64,000 bases of DNA, taken from contig CAKSEM010000001.1 of assembly GCA_934446485.1 (NCBI GenBank), forward strand, positions 12,594-76,593. Direction: 5' to 3'. This document shows positions 10,801 to 19,300 of this stretch, in pieces. The stretch comes from an uncultured Eubacteriales bacterium. Lineage in GTDB: Bacteria > Bacillota > Clostridia > Oscillospirales > CAG-272. Within the stretch, counting starts at the first letter, position 1. Each line of letters begins with the position of its first letter. A model generated the notes under the pieces. The model had not been told where the DNA came from, did no database searches, and was given only the letters and a program-made list of their open reading frames with translations. The position numbers and the translations under genes were made by a program.

Positions 10801-13800
10801 AGGATGACACTACGGTTGACACCTCTTATCAATACTGGATGACACAAGCTGGAGGTGGCGCATCGTTGTATGACGTGGTACGTTATGACTTTGTTGATAA
10901 GAAATGGGTTCCAGCAGGTCTGCCAGACTCATCTAATCCAAGCGGATATGCGACAAAAAACTTAAAGACATTGTACAATAGTGCCATTAGTAATATAGCT
11001 ACTGGCGCATGGTCAGAACTTAACACTGCATTTATCTCTGCTATAGTGGCAGAAGCAAGAGAAGAAATCGGTGATTATTTCAACAAGAAATCATTGCAGT
11101 TCCATTACTGCTTTGTAAATTTCTTGATAGCTGGAACGGACAATTGTTCTAAGAATACATATTATGCTCTTGACCCGATTACACACTTGATAGAGCTGCA
11201 TCAAGACGATTTGGACACCATCTTCAAGACGGATAACTCTGGCTATCAGATTAAGCCGTATTATATAGACCGCTTGCATCCGTATTCAGATGAGGGCGAA
11301 TTGCTCTACACAGAAGGCGGTGGTAACGTGCTATTCAATCTGATTGAGTTGATGTGGGAAGGCGGTAATAACGAATTGGCTAATATGATGAATACCATTT
11401 TGAATGAAATGGCAGGATTGATTACCGCAGAAGACCAGAAGAAGGGCATTGAAAAGTCACCTTGGGGTTGTATACAAAAGTACTTCTTCTCTATTCAAGA
11501 GTACTTCCCTGCCGTAGCCTTTAATGAGACAGCTCGTATTCGTTATGAGTACCCGACTATGCTGGAATATGTCAGTGACCGTAATGTGAAACCTATCTCC
11601 CAGTCATTAGGAGACCAGTTGCAAGCTGAAAAGCAATACATGAAACGTAGACTTGTATATGCTTCTTCGTATGCCGCTTATGGTGAGTTTGCCTTGAATG
11701 GCGGCAATGGCTTTGGATTCAATACTTACCCAAGAATAGATGGAAGCGCACCAACGGCAATACTGGATGTAACGCCACACCAGTACCTTTACCCGACAGC
11801 ACGAGTTGGTCAGACTTTGCGCAACCCTCATGTTAGAGTAAAACCGTTTGAGACCTATCATTTTGTTATTGATAATAGTGGCAACTTGGGAGATACAGTA
11901 TGCGGATTGAAAGGCGGTAACTATTATCGTTCGTTTGGTAATATTGGTGACTTATCTGTGAAGCCAACTAATGACTTCTCATTACAAGGCGAGCGACTGG
12001 TGGAGATTATCGCCAATCCAATAGGGAATCCAGAGTTCCGTCCTACCAGATTGAATGTCACTACAGCTTTGGTGAAGAACATTTCGTTGAAAGGTGAGAA
12101 ATTGTTAGGTGGTCAGCTTGACTTATCGGTTTGTACCAGATTATCGACAGTTGATATTCGAGACACCAAGATAACAAGTGTTAAATTCCCTGCTTCAGAG
12201 TTATTGACATCCGTACAGCTTGGAGGTTATCTTACAGCATTGGAAATCAATAATTTACCGAAATTGTCTAAATTGACATTGAACGCATACGATTATTTGA
12301 CCTCGTTTATTATTGGTGAGAATGTTGGTCAACTGGATTTGTATCAGACGATTGCAGAGTTGTATGATGCAAAACACAATGAGACAGACCCATCCAGAAT
12401 GTTGCAAGCACTTACAGTAAAAGATGTGAACTGGAAGAACGCTACGATAGACCTGTTGAAGTGGCTGCTCACTATTGATAACTTGAAAATAACTGGAAGT
12501 ATCACGCTTGCAGCCAGTGAATATATGACGTTTGAATTGAAGAAACAACTTATGGAACGCTTTGGCGATATAGACTCACAAAGCAATTCGTTGTTTATTT
12601 CATACGTCCAGCGTACAATCAGTAGTATACAGATTGCTGGCGACAATACGTTCAGAGAAGCTGGTTCTCGCCAGTTTACGCTGATTCCAAATAGTCCAAA
12701 TGCTAACAATTTCAAGTCAATCAAATGGTCACTCACAACATCTGCATACGCTTCTGTGAATGAGAAAACAGGAGTTGTTACTTGCAATAAGATTTCAACT
12801 ACGGCTTTGACGGTTACGCTGAAATGTGTTGTTGAGACTACGGACAGAACAATGGAAACAACTTTCCCATTGTATTTGTATGACCGTCAAGCAGAATTGG
12901 GTGATTATGTATATTCAGATGGCACATATAGCGATATGTTGAATCCTTTGAAGACAGTTATCGGAATATGTTTTTATATTGGTGCTGAGAATAACAGTGA
13001 CGGCACTCCAGACCGAAGAATGGTAGCACTGAAAGACATGGAATGTCTGAATGGCGCAACATCATGTCCTTGGGGATTGTTCGGATATACTGGCAATACA
13101 GATCCTGATTATATGAACAATTATGTGATTTCTGGTATTCAAATTGAAGGCATGAATGACGCATATAATGTTGCTGACATCACTGATTTTGGAAGTTCTG
13201 GTTTGGAGCCACGTTCCGACAACAATTCTGTATGGTATATTGGGGATAATAACTATCGTGATGAAGACAGTGGTGATAAGTACGGATTCAAAACAGGATT
13301 TGCCGCCAATACAGGAGCTGGAGACTTGCAATTAGTCAAGCCAACAGAAGAGCAGAAGAGCATGATTGGAGCTGGATATGTTGGAGATAAAAAGATTCCA
13401 AGTGGTCAGCAGCACACATTGGCAATCATCCAGCATCGTAATCAGATATTGGATTCTATATCTTACCCTATTCCATCCGCACAGTATGTGAATAGCCAAA
13501 TCACTCAAACAGAGATTGAAAATGTCCGTGAGTGTATAGAAAAGATAATTGCCAATATGAGTGCAGCAAAATATCAGCAGTACTATTACCCAGCGGCTTC
13601 ATACTGCTACGCATACGAGCCGAAAGGCTTGTTGGAAGGCGAAGAATTGGCTGATAGATTTAAGGCACATAATTGGTATTTACCTTCTTCTGGTGAGCTT
13701 GCTCGTTTGTATTGGTATTATCAAAGAGGCAAGGACGATGATAAGAACATCTTTAAGGCAGCGTTGGCTTCTGGCAAGATGACTAATTTTACGTCCTCTG

Positions 13801-13925
13801 TTCGCTGGAGTAGTTCCGAGTACGGCAGTTGGTACGCATGGTACGTCGACTTCGGTAATGGTAGCTTCTACTACGGCGGCAACAAGTACAACAGCTGCGT
13901 TGTGAGGGCAGTCTCCGCATTTTAG
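7860..13925 (+). CDS. Giant multidomain adhesin/tail-fibre protein; DGR target with C-terminal variable region
   Basis: 2021-aa uninterrupted ORF. By-eye motifs: LamG/ConA-like (about 9300-9800), CotH-like 'AGTDNCSKNTYYALDP...HQDDLDTIF' (about 11100-11260), LRR (about 12050-12330), Ig-like Big_2 (about 12600-12830), DUF1566/C-type-lectin-like 'HNWYLPSSGELARLYWY'. The VR covers the last 43 codons. Confidence 0.85.
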   Translation: MATDISKLLNKQPNSSQQAATETVPANEKVTSDEWNTLVQAVQENQASVKVVKMGTNEYKPVDGVVTLPYTAEGSEVSLKTTDDLKSMVSITGKATLHLLYTSTSAGYDTGNSGVLYIQTYANGQWTTQGTMAMASKNIAADYDEIDITSYLSTGSNRVRVYVYDEGFGTQSNPIIFESIVLTTLRVELASEYYHPVTTDYLQPSYYIYGAGVKKTLHLKVSGKTADGQDGFREITYSIGTNTYTTSAYTGAAINDTSSQTVKIINHGVHTVEAWVTCVDGSGKELESEHIVNSFMLVVNEDDMTPYLLVQNLKTKVVNYEQIVLFDYAVYNPNSEAMSIAIVMSDYDNVMEYLRLENETMPNTPNSVETTVEVENDSDDILYSYLHIYRVVDGKEYNFLKESTGTESEIITVDNTEKFSPTSGVDFFLNPKVRNNSESNPARILNAAKGNVELSGAKFENFGFVNDGWIKAEDKQSVLRVLAGQKVTIPYEPWENFKNNTASSMTLELDFKIRNVTNESDPIIQCCSIIQATGNPLGLLMRPLDGYINTVTQSTEADQNFGWMENVRTHIAINVVHALRSSSTNSTTVSLVRVFINGVLNREFPFDTATANEFISSMGHGGIRIGQDDADVDIYSIRCYQKALSSDDCMQDYSSTLPTSEDKIAFRNANAIVQNGEINYALAKEKYNVLVWHGYETYRFATNNQTGWLEISLLNEDGTPDNAHSGTIGKKYGKLPDKGQGSTAKTYYWWNQQWDINKMKGDDGNSITDDGWIDGNGDERGNAYQLTDDVPAATKLVLKINYASSMQSHKQGATELYNLLHTAIVGQNSMQKANPKARVAVLERPVLYFIQTPDDSEPVFHGLGTFGPGKMDKKTWGYSSDKFPDFAMMEGSDNNKPLTDMRVPWDDKVTYNADEEYFEYAGDGNIDFDAGLTYKESDDEGHVKGQPLDTITDYYKTAWNWLFMHNPRIKPYTDGNFSTFQDDTTVDTSYQYWMTQAGGGASLYDVVRYDFVDKKWVPAGLPDSSNPSGYATKNLKTLYNSAISNIATGAWSELNTAFISAIVAEAREEIGDYFNKKSLQFHYCFVNFLIAGTDNCSKNTYYALDPITHLIELHQDDLDTIFKTDNSGYQIKPYYIDRLHPYSDEGELLYTEGGGNVLFNLIELMWEGGNNELANMMNTILNEMAGLITAEDQKKGIEKSPWGCIQKYFFSIQEYFPAVAFNETARIRYEYPTMLEYVSDRNVKPISQSLGDQLQAEKQYMKRRLVYASSYAAYGEFALNGGNGFGFNTYPRIDGSAPTAILDVTPHQYLYPTARVGQTLRNPHVRVKPFETYHFVIDNSGNLGDTVCGLKGGNYYRSFGNIGDLSVKPTNDFSLQGERLVEIIANPIGNPEFRPTRLNVTTALVKNISLKGEKLLGGQLDLSVCTRLSTVDIRDTKITSVKFPASELLTSVQLGGYLTALEINNLPKLSKLTLNAYDYLTSFIIGENVGQLDLYQTIAELYDAKHNETDPSRMLQALTVKDVNWKNATIDLLKWLLTIDNLKITGSITLAASEYMTFELKKQLMERFGDIDSQSNSLFISYVQRTISSIQIAGDNTFREAGSRQFTLIPNSPNANNFKSIKWSLTTSAYASVNEKTGVVTCNKISTTALTVTLKCVVETTDRTMETTFPLYLYDRQAELGDYVYSDGTYSDMLNPLKTVIGICFYIGAENNSDGTPDRRMVALKDMECLNGATSCPWGLFGYTGNTDPDYMNNYVISGIQIEGMNDAYNVADITDFGSSGLEPRSDNNSVWYIGDNNYRDEDSGDKYGFKTGFAANTGAGDLQLVKPTEEQKSMIGAGYVGDKKIPSGQQHTLAIIQHRNQILDSISYPIPSAQYVNSQITQTEIENVRECIEKIIANMSAAKYQQYYYPAASYCYAYEPKGLLEGEELADRFKAHNWYLPSSGELARLYWYYQRGKDDDKNIFKAALASGKMTNFTSSVRWSSSEYGSWYAWYVDFGNGSFYYGGNKYNSCVVRAVSAF
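13793..13919 (+). repeat. DGR variable repeat (VR)
   Basis: 127 nt homologous to TR 14546-14669. By hand alignment there are 16 substitutions, every one opposite a TR adenine, plus one extra codon. The last 21+ nt (gttgtgagggcagtctccgca) are identical to the TR. Confidence 0.9.
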
Positions 13926-13966
13926 AGAAATTTAGACCCGAATCTTACATTCGGGTCTAAATTTCT
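13926..13966 (+). terminator. Perfect 18-bp hairpin 6 nt downstream of the VR (terminator and/or DGR target-recognition hairpin)
   Basis: agaaatttagacccgaat (13926-13943), loop cttac, attcgggtctaaatttct (13949-13966). Overlaps the target-gene stop region. Confidence 0.75.
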
Positions 13967-14061
13967 TACTTGTTTGTAAACCTTAATAAACTAAGACTCT
14001 ATTCGTAAGTAAACATATATAATTTAAGTCTGATATAGACGTGTATTAAAATACTGGAAAT

Positions 14062-14463
14062 ATGAAAGCAGCGCAATCATCTATATATCGCTCCATTGAA
14101 AATGTTATGATATGGTTTATACCTGTATCAGCACGAGTTCCGAAAATAATTGCACTTCGTTGTTTGGCAGAAGAGTGTACCACTAATATGAGTGATGCAC
14201 TTACTTCTGTTGCGTTGGGATTGCAATCAGAGAACTGGAATGATGTTAGAGATTGCATTGATATGGTGTTGCTACACATGACCAAAGTGAAAACAGCGGT
14301 GAAGATACTCAAAGAGTATTCTGATAGAAGTGCTACAATACATATCCTCAACGATCGCCAATTATCTGTATTCGCATTGTCTATGAATAAGATAATGACT
14401 GAATTAGGTAAATGGAGGAAGAAAGTAGAAACACGCATTGGCCCTGTTGACATTCACGAATGA
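14062..14463 (+). CDS. avd: Avd-like DGR accessory variability determinant
   Basis: 133-aa helical protein between VR and TR. Its stop overlaps the RT ORF start (ATGA at 14460-14463). Size, position and the 'SIYRSIENVMIWFIPVSARVPK' N-terminus fit the four-helix-bundle Avd family. Confidence 0.65.
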   Translation: MKAAQSSIYRSIENVMIWFIPVSARVPKIIALRCLAEECTTNMSDALTSVALGLQSENWNDVRDCIDMVLLHMTKVKTAVKILKEYSDRSATIHILNDRQLSVFALSMNKIMTELGKWRKKVETRIGPVDIHE

Positions 14464-15896
14464 AAACAAGTGGTATATATTTATTAAATGGGCGCACCAC
14501 TGGGGTGAATACCTTAGTTAAGAACAAGATAGTGTGCGCAGCACAGTCCTCTAATCGCTGGAGTAGTTCCGAGAACAACAGTTGGAACGCATGGAACGTC
14601 AACTTCGGTAATGGTAACTTCAACAACAACAACAAGTACAACAGCTACGTTGTGAGGGCAGTCTCCGCAACTGATAAAGATATACAAAGTTGGTTAATTG
14701 CTTTTTACGATTGTTGCAAACGCAAGAAAACCAGTACTCAATGCACTCTATATCGACTTATTTTTGAAGAAGATTTACCCCTGCTCGCAACTGAAGTAAA
14801 AGAACGTGCTTACCACCCTACGGTAAGCATTTGTTTTTGTGTAACCAGACCTAAATTGCGAGAAGTGTTTGCTGCAAATTTCAGAGACCGTATTGTGCAG
14901 CATTGGATTTGTTTGAGATTGGAACCACTATTTGAAGAGCGATTCCAGTCTCAAAACAACGTGTCGTATAATTGCCGAAAGAATTTTGGAACACATAAAG
15001 CAGTGCAGCGACTCGCCACCCAGATGTATAATGTGAGTGGCGGTTACAAATACACTGCATACGTTGGTCGTTTTGATATATGTTCTTTCTTTATGAGTAT
15101 TGATTGCAAGATATTGGAAGAAATGCTCATTCCATTTATAAAAGAGAATTATAAAGGCGATGATATTGACACATTGATATATCTTGTACAGGTTATTGTG
15201 CGCCATGAACCACAGAAAAACTGTATAAAGAAAGGTCAGACAGAGTTGTTTGAACGTCTCGAACACAACAAAAGCTTATTCTATGCAGAGTATTTGATTG
15301 GTATGCCTATAGGAAATCTTACCAGTCAATTATTTGCCAATTTCTATATGTCATTCTTTGATGAGTATATGTTGAGGCTATGCAAGCAATACAAATGCAA
15401 GTATGTTAGATTTGTAGATGATTTCTGCATTACAGGACGCAAGAAAGCCAACATATTAAAGATGTATAGAATGGCAGACTTATATTTGAAGAATAAGTTG
15501 CATCTAACATTACATCACGATAAGTTCTATTTACAAGAAGTAAAACATGGCGTAAAATTCGTTGGAAGCGTAATTAAATATGACAGAATATATCTTAGCA
15601 ATCGCACAGTTGGCAGTCTGGTTAATCGTGTTAATGAAGCTGAGAAAATATGCAAGGCAGCAGTTATGGCAACTCCAGATGAAGAACTGGAGGCTTATTA
15701 TAATTTGGATAAAGTGGTATGCGCATTGAATAGCTATTTCGGTTTCTTGATACATTGTAACAGCTATGCAATAAGACGTAAATTATTCAAGAATTGCACA
15801 TACTTTTGGAAATGCTGCTATGTAGAAGGCAAGTTTGCCAAAGTATGTATTAAGAATCAATATAAACTAACTCGTAAATTACTTTCAGAAGAATGA
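14460..15896 (+). CDS. DGR reverse transcriptase (ORF includes the TR at its 5' end)
   Basis: 478-aa ORF. RT motifs seen: 'FRDRIVQHWI', 'SYNCRKNFGTHKA', the DGR-type 'IGNLTSQLFANFY', and the catalytic 'YVRFVDDF'. There is no in-frame ATG between 14460 and the RT core. Confidence 0.9.
   Translation: MKTSGIYLLNGRTTGVNTLVKNKIVCAAQSSNRWSSSENNSWNAWNVNFGNGNFNNNNKYNSYVVRAVSATDKDIQSWLIAFYDCCKRKKTSTQCTLYRLIFEEDLPLLATEVKERAYHPTVSICFCVTRPKLREVFAANFRDRIVQHWICLRLEPLFEERFQSQNNVSYNCRKNFGTHKAVQRLATQMYNVSGGYKYTAYVGRFDICSFFMSIDCKILEEMLIPFIKENYKGDDIDTLIYLVQVIVRHEPQKNCIKKGQTELFERLEHNKSLFYAEYLIGMPIGNLTSQLFANFYMSFFDEYMLRLCKQYKCKYVRFVDDFCITGRKKANILKMYRMADLYLKNKLHLTLHHDKFYLQEVKHGVKFVGSVIKYDRIYLSNRTVGSLVNRVNEAEKICKAAVMATPDEELEAYYNLDKVVCALNSYFGFLIHCNSYAIRRKLFKNCTYFWKCCYVEGKFAKVCIKNQYKLTRKLLSEE
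14546..14669 (+). repeat. DGR template repeat (TR)
   Basis: 124 nt, rich in AAC codons (reads NRWSSSENNSWNAWNVNFGNGNFNNNNKYNSYVVRAVSA in the RT frame). This is the invariant, adenine-bearing partner of the VR. Confidence 0.9.
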
Positions 15897-16249
15897 ACAT
15901 GAACTATCAGTATTCAGATGTCGAGCCTCAGTTTATTGTATGTAACAGAAATCTTGGGCGCAATGAATACACCATCAATTTTGATGTAGCAGAATTGAAC
16001 AAAAAGGAACGGTCAGAAGGCAAGAAGTACAGCTATTTGGCTGTTACACTTCCAGCTGGCAATTACAGCCGAGATATTGTGATTTCTAAAATCATTGAGT
16101 CAAGATATTCTTCGGATGAAATGACAGCTGTGATTAATAACTACCTTCTTGATGATGGTGACGAGGAATCGTTGTCAGAGTTTAAGGAAATGCAAGCCTG
16201 GAGGAAACATGCCAAGGAAATTGCGGATAAATTCATATCCTCAATTTGA
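15893..16249 (+). CDS. Hypothetical protein translationally coupled to the DGR RT
   Basis: 118-aa ORF whose ATG overlaps the RT stop (ATGA). It is the last gene before terminator 16270-16316. Confidence 0.6.
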   Translation: MNMNYQYSDVEPQFIVCNRNLGRNEYTINFDVAELNKKERSEGKKYSYLAVTLPAGNYSRDIVISKIIESRYSSDEMTAVINNYLLDDGDEESLSEFKEMQAWRKHAKEIADKFISSI

Positions 16250-16269
16250 CCTCCAGCACCTTCTAATTT

Positions 16270-16316
16270 ATAGGAAAGTCAATGCCCTTTGATGGAATTG
16301 GCTTTCCTATTCTTTT
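16270..16316 (+). terminator. Rho-independent terminator closing the DGR operon
   Basis: 14-bp stem: ataggaaagtcaat (16270-16283) pairs with attggctttcctat (16297-16310), with one G-U pair. Followed by tctttt. Confidence 0.7.
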
Positions 16317-16333
16317 ATAAAATAGAAATCAAG

Positions 16334-19300
16334 ATGGCAACAATAGCAAAAGGTTCAATAACTCTGGTAAATGTGAATGATGCGTATTCCGTGTTGTTCA
16401 CTCCAGATTCATGCGCTATCAAAGCAGATTTTGACGGAACCAACCCAGACTTGACAAATGCCTATACGGATATTACTGTGGTTCGTGGAGAGGAAAAACA
16501 TACGTTCAAGTTGACATTGGCTTCGTTCTCAAATACTGCTATTACATATCAACAAACAGCGATAGACGCTTATATAAAACGCATACGACTTACCAGCATA
16601 CCTTCAGATGTGTTAAGTGGAGCTTTAACATTCACCATAACTACAGACGATGAGTTTGTGGCTGATGTGACGTTCACCTATTCTGTTATACGAGAAACTT
16701 CAATGTTGGACTGGATTCTGGATTGGGAGAACAACAAGACCGTAATAGGAGATAGTTATTTAATTTCGCCCAAAATATTTGTTGGCAAAAAGGTAGAAAA
16801 TGCAGAAGGATTAAAGACCCTTACTGGTGTTTATATCGGGCCAGATGATACAAATACGGCTGGTATTTACGGTTACAAAGAGGGCAAAGATGTATTTCAT
16901 ATAAACGCCAAAGGAGCAATGCTTGGCGGTTGGAACGTGCTAAGTGATTGTATTACAACATCAAATGAAAATGGAACAATTAGCCTTGGTGCTAATGGCA
17001 ACATCTTTTACAGAACAAACAAGAATGAGCTGGTATGGTCATTGTTCCAAGATGGCAGTGCAACCTTTGCAAAAGGTAATGTTATGTTGAATAGTGATGG
17101 CAGTGCTGTATTCACAGGAAGCATCAAAGCCTCCAGTGGCAATGTAGGAGGTTGGACTATTGATGAGAATGTGCTGTACAATACTAATATTGCTTTGAAT
17201 AGTTCCAAGCATATCATTGGTGTTGGAGGGTCTAACACCTTTAATGTCAATAATATTAAAGGTTCAATTCAGCAGCATGGTGGTGTCTATATGTTCTATG
17301 ACAATGCCAATTCGTATGGCTTGCAAGGTTATTTGCCCAGCAAAAACGTAGGTGATAATCTTTATATGATACAAAGCTGTTTTTCGCTTGGATCAATTAA
17401 TCAAATTGCCAGTTGGAACTTTGATGCAGATTCTCTGTATATGGGCGCAAAGGTTAATATGCAGAAGAAATACACAGCGTCATCTGGAGATATAACAATC
17501 GGTTCGCAAGGCATGAGAGGCAACAGTTGGTATATAGATACAGACGGTTCGGTGTCGTTCCTTAAAGGAGAGGTGCAATTTACTGAATCATCTGGTTCTA
17601 TGGTAGGTTGGAATCTCAATGCCAAAAGACTATCAAATCCCAATGTAGCTATTGTTTCCGATGCAGCAAATGCTGGCATCTTCATGTCGGTAGCTGATGG
17701 CACAGACTTCAATAGCTTGGCATCATCCAGTTTGACTGATTATATATATGCTCATGGTGGTATCTATATGAAAACCAAAACAGATGGAGTTTCGTTTGCC
17801 GCATACGACCAGAACGGATATAAGATATTCAAGTTAAGAAGTAATGGAGTAAGTTCCATTGCGAACTGGAATATTGAGAATAACGCTTTGTTTGTAGGAT
17901 CTAAGAAAGTAGATGCTGGTTCATTTACAGATGCTGCTGGAAGCATGACGTTTAGCGGTACAGGTATTCGTGGTAATAAATGGAGACTGGAGGCAGATGG
18001 CTCTGGCGCAATTGCTGGTGGTAACATTTTGTGGGACAAGAATGGAGAAGTGCAATTTTCAAATAGCGTAAGCTTGAATTGGACTAACGGAATAGATAAA
18101 GCAAATTCAGCAGCCAGCGTTGCTCAAAAGATAGCTTTTGGTCAGATGATATTCCGTGACCCAGAGTTTACGCTTGGTAAATGGAATGACACACATTTTT
18201 ATCCGTGGAATTTTGACTCTAATGTAAAAATTGCCGTTTCAACAGATAATTTACTCAATGTTATTAAGCAATATGGACTGTATGCGTATGGCAATGGTGT
18301 ATTGGTAAGAACTGTCAATATAATAAGCAGCGATGGTGGCATTTCCAGCTCTTATTCGCCTGGTATTACATTAGAAAGCGGAAAGAAAGCGCAGATTATG
18401 CCTGCAAAGGATAGCGTTACGAACACCGACACCATCCAGATAATCTTTGAGTGCAATGGTAATTTATTGGGCATCGTTACAGATATGTCTGTAAATAATG
18501 GAATTACAAATTACACAACCATAAAGGATTTGTATGACGGTTCAAGCGTTTCTAATGGGAATATTCCAGCCAAGAGGCAGATAATAAGCGATACAACAGC
18601 ACCTAACAGTACTCAAAAGGTTATGAAGATTTCTTGTAATCGTTGGCAGTCATATAACGATTGGAGAGTTTGTGGTTTCTATTTTGCGAATAAGTCACGA
18701 GCTAACGGTGAGTTTATCGTTAAGATTGTTGCAAAAATCCCAGAAGGGTGGATGATAGAAAATGCCCATAATCAATATGGAGACAATGGCAAGACAACAT
18801 GGATAACTTCTACGCTTGGAACAGGAAGCTATGAAGAATATATTTGTGTTGTGAAATGCGGCAGCACAGGAACATTCTCTACAATCAATCATTTTGCGCT
18901 AAAGCATAACGATACTGATCAGCAGAAGATTAACACAGGGGGTAATAGTGAGAGTGATTTATCCATTTGGATTGACGATGCCACTCAGCAACAGACCGTA
19001 CAAATTAAAGAAGTGACTTGGAATGTCGCATACGCCACTGTGTATGATGCCACATCTTCAGACAAGGTTACGACCACAATAGACAGTCATGGTATTTATA
19101 CTGGTACGCTCAGAGCAGACCAGATTATAGCTGGTACGATTAAGTCAAGTCTGATAAATGCAGATGAACTATTATCCAATGGTAATGCTTGGGCGTTGAA
19201 ACAGGACGGTTCGGGATATTTGGCAAAAGGCAATATCAGCTGGAAGGCTGATGGTAATGCTGTATTCAATGGAAAAATACAAGCGACCAGTGGAGAAATT

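Larger units (their letters stand above)
13793..16316 (+). mobile_element. Diversity-generating retroelement cassette (VR, hairpin, avd, TR, RT, orf118, terminator)
   Basis: Sum of the component features above. The cassette is bounded by two strong hairpins. Confidence 0.88.

Noticed and set aside
14046-14453. A 135-aa minus-strand ORF almost exactly antisense to the avd-like gene.
   Set aside because: The plus-strand ORF has ATGA coupling to the RT, the expected size and position of Avd, and a helical, charged sequence. The antisense ORF is hydrophobic and low-complexity and would be transcribed against the whole operon.
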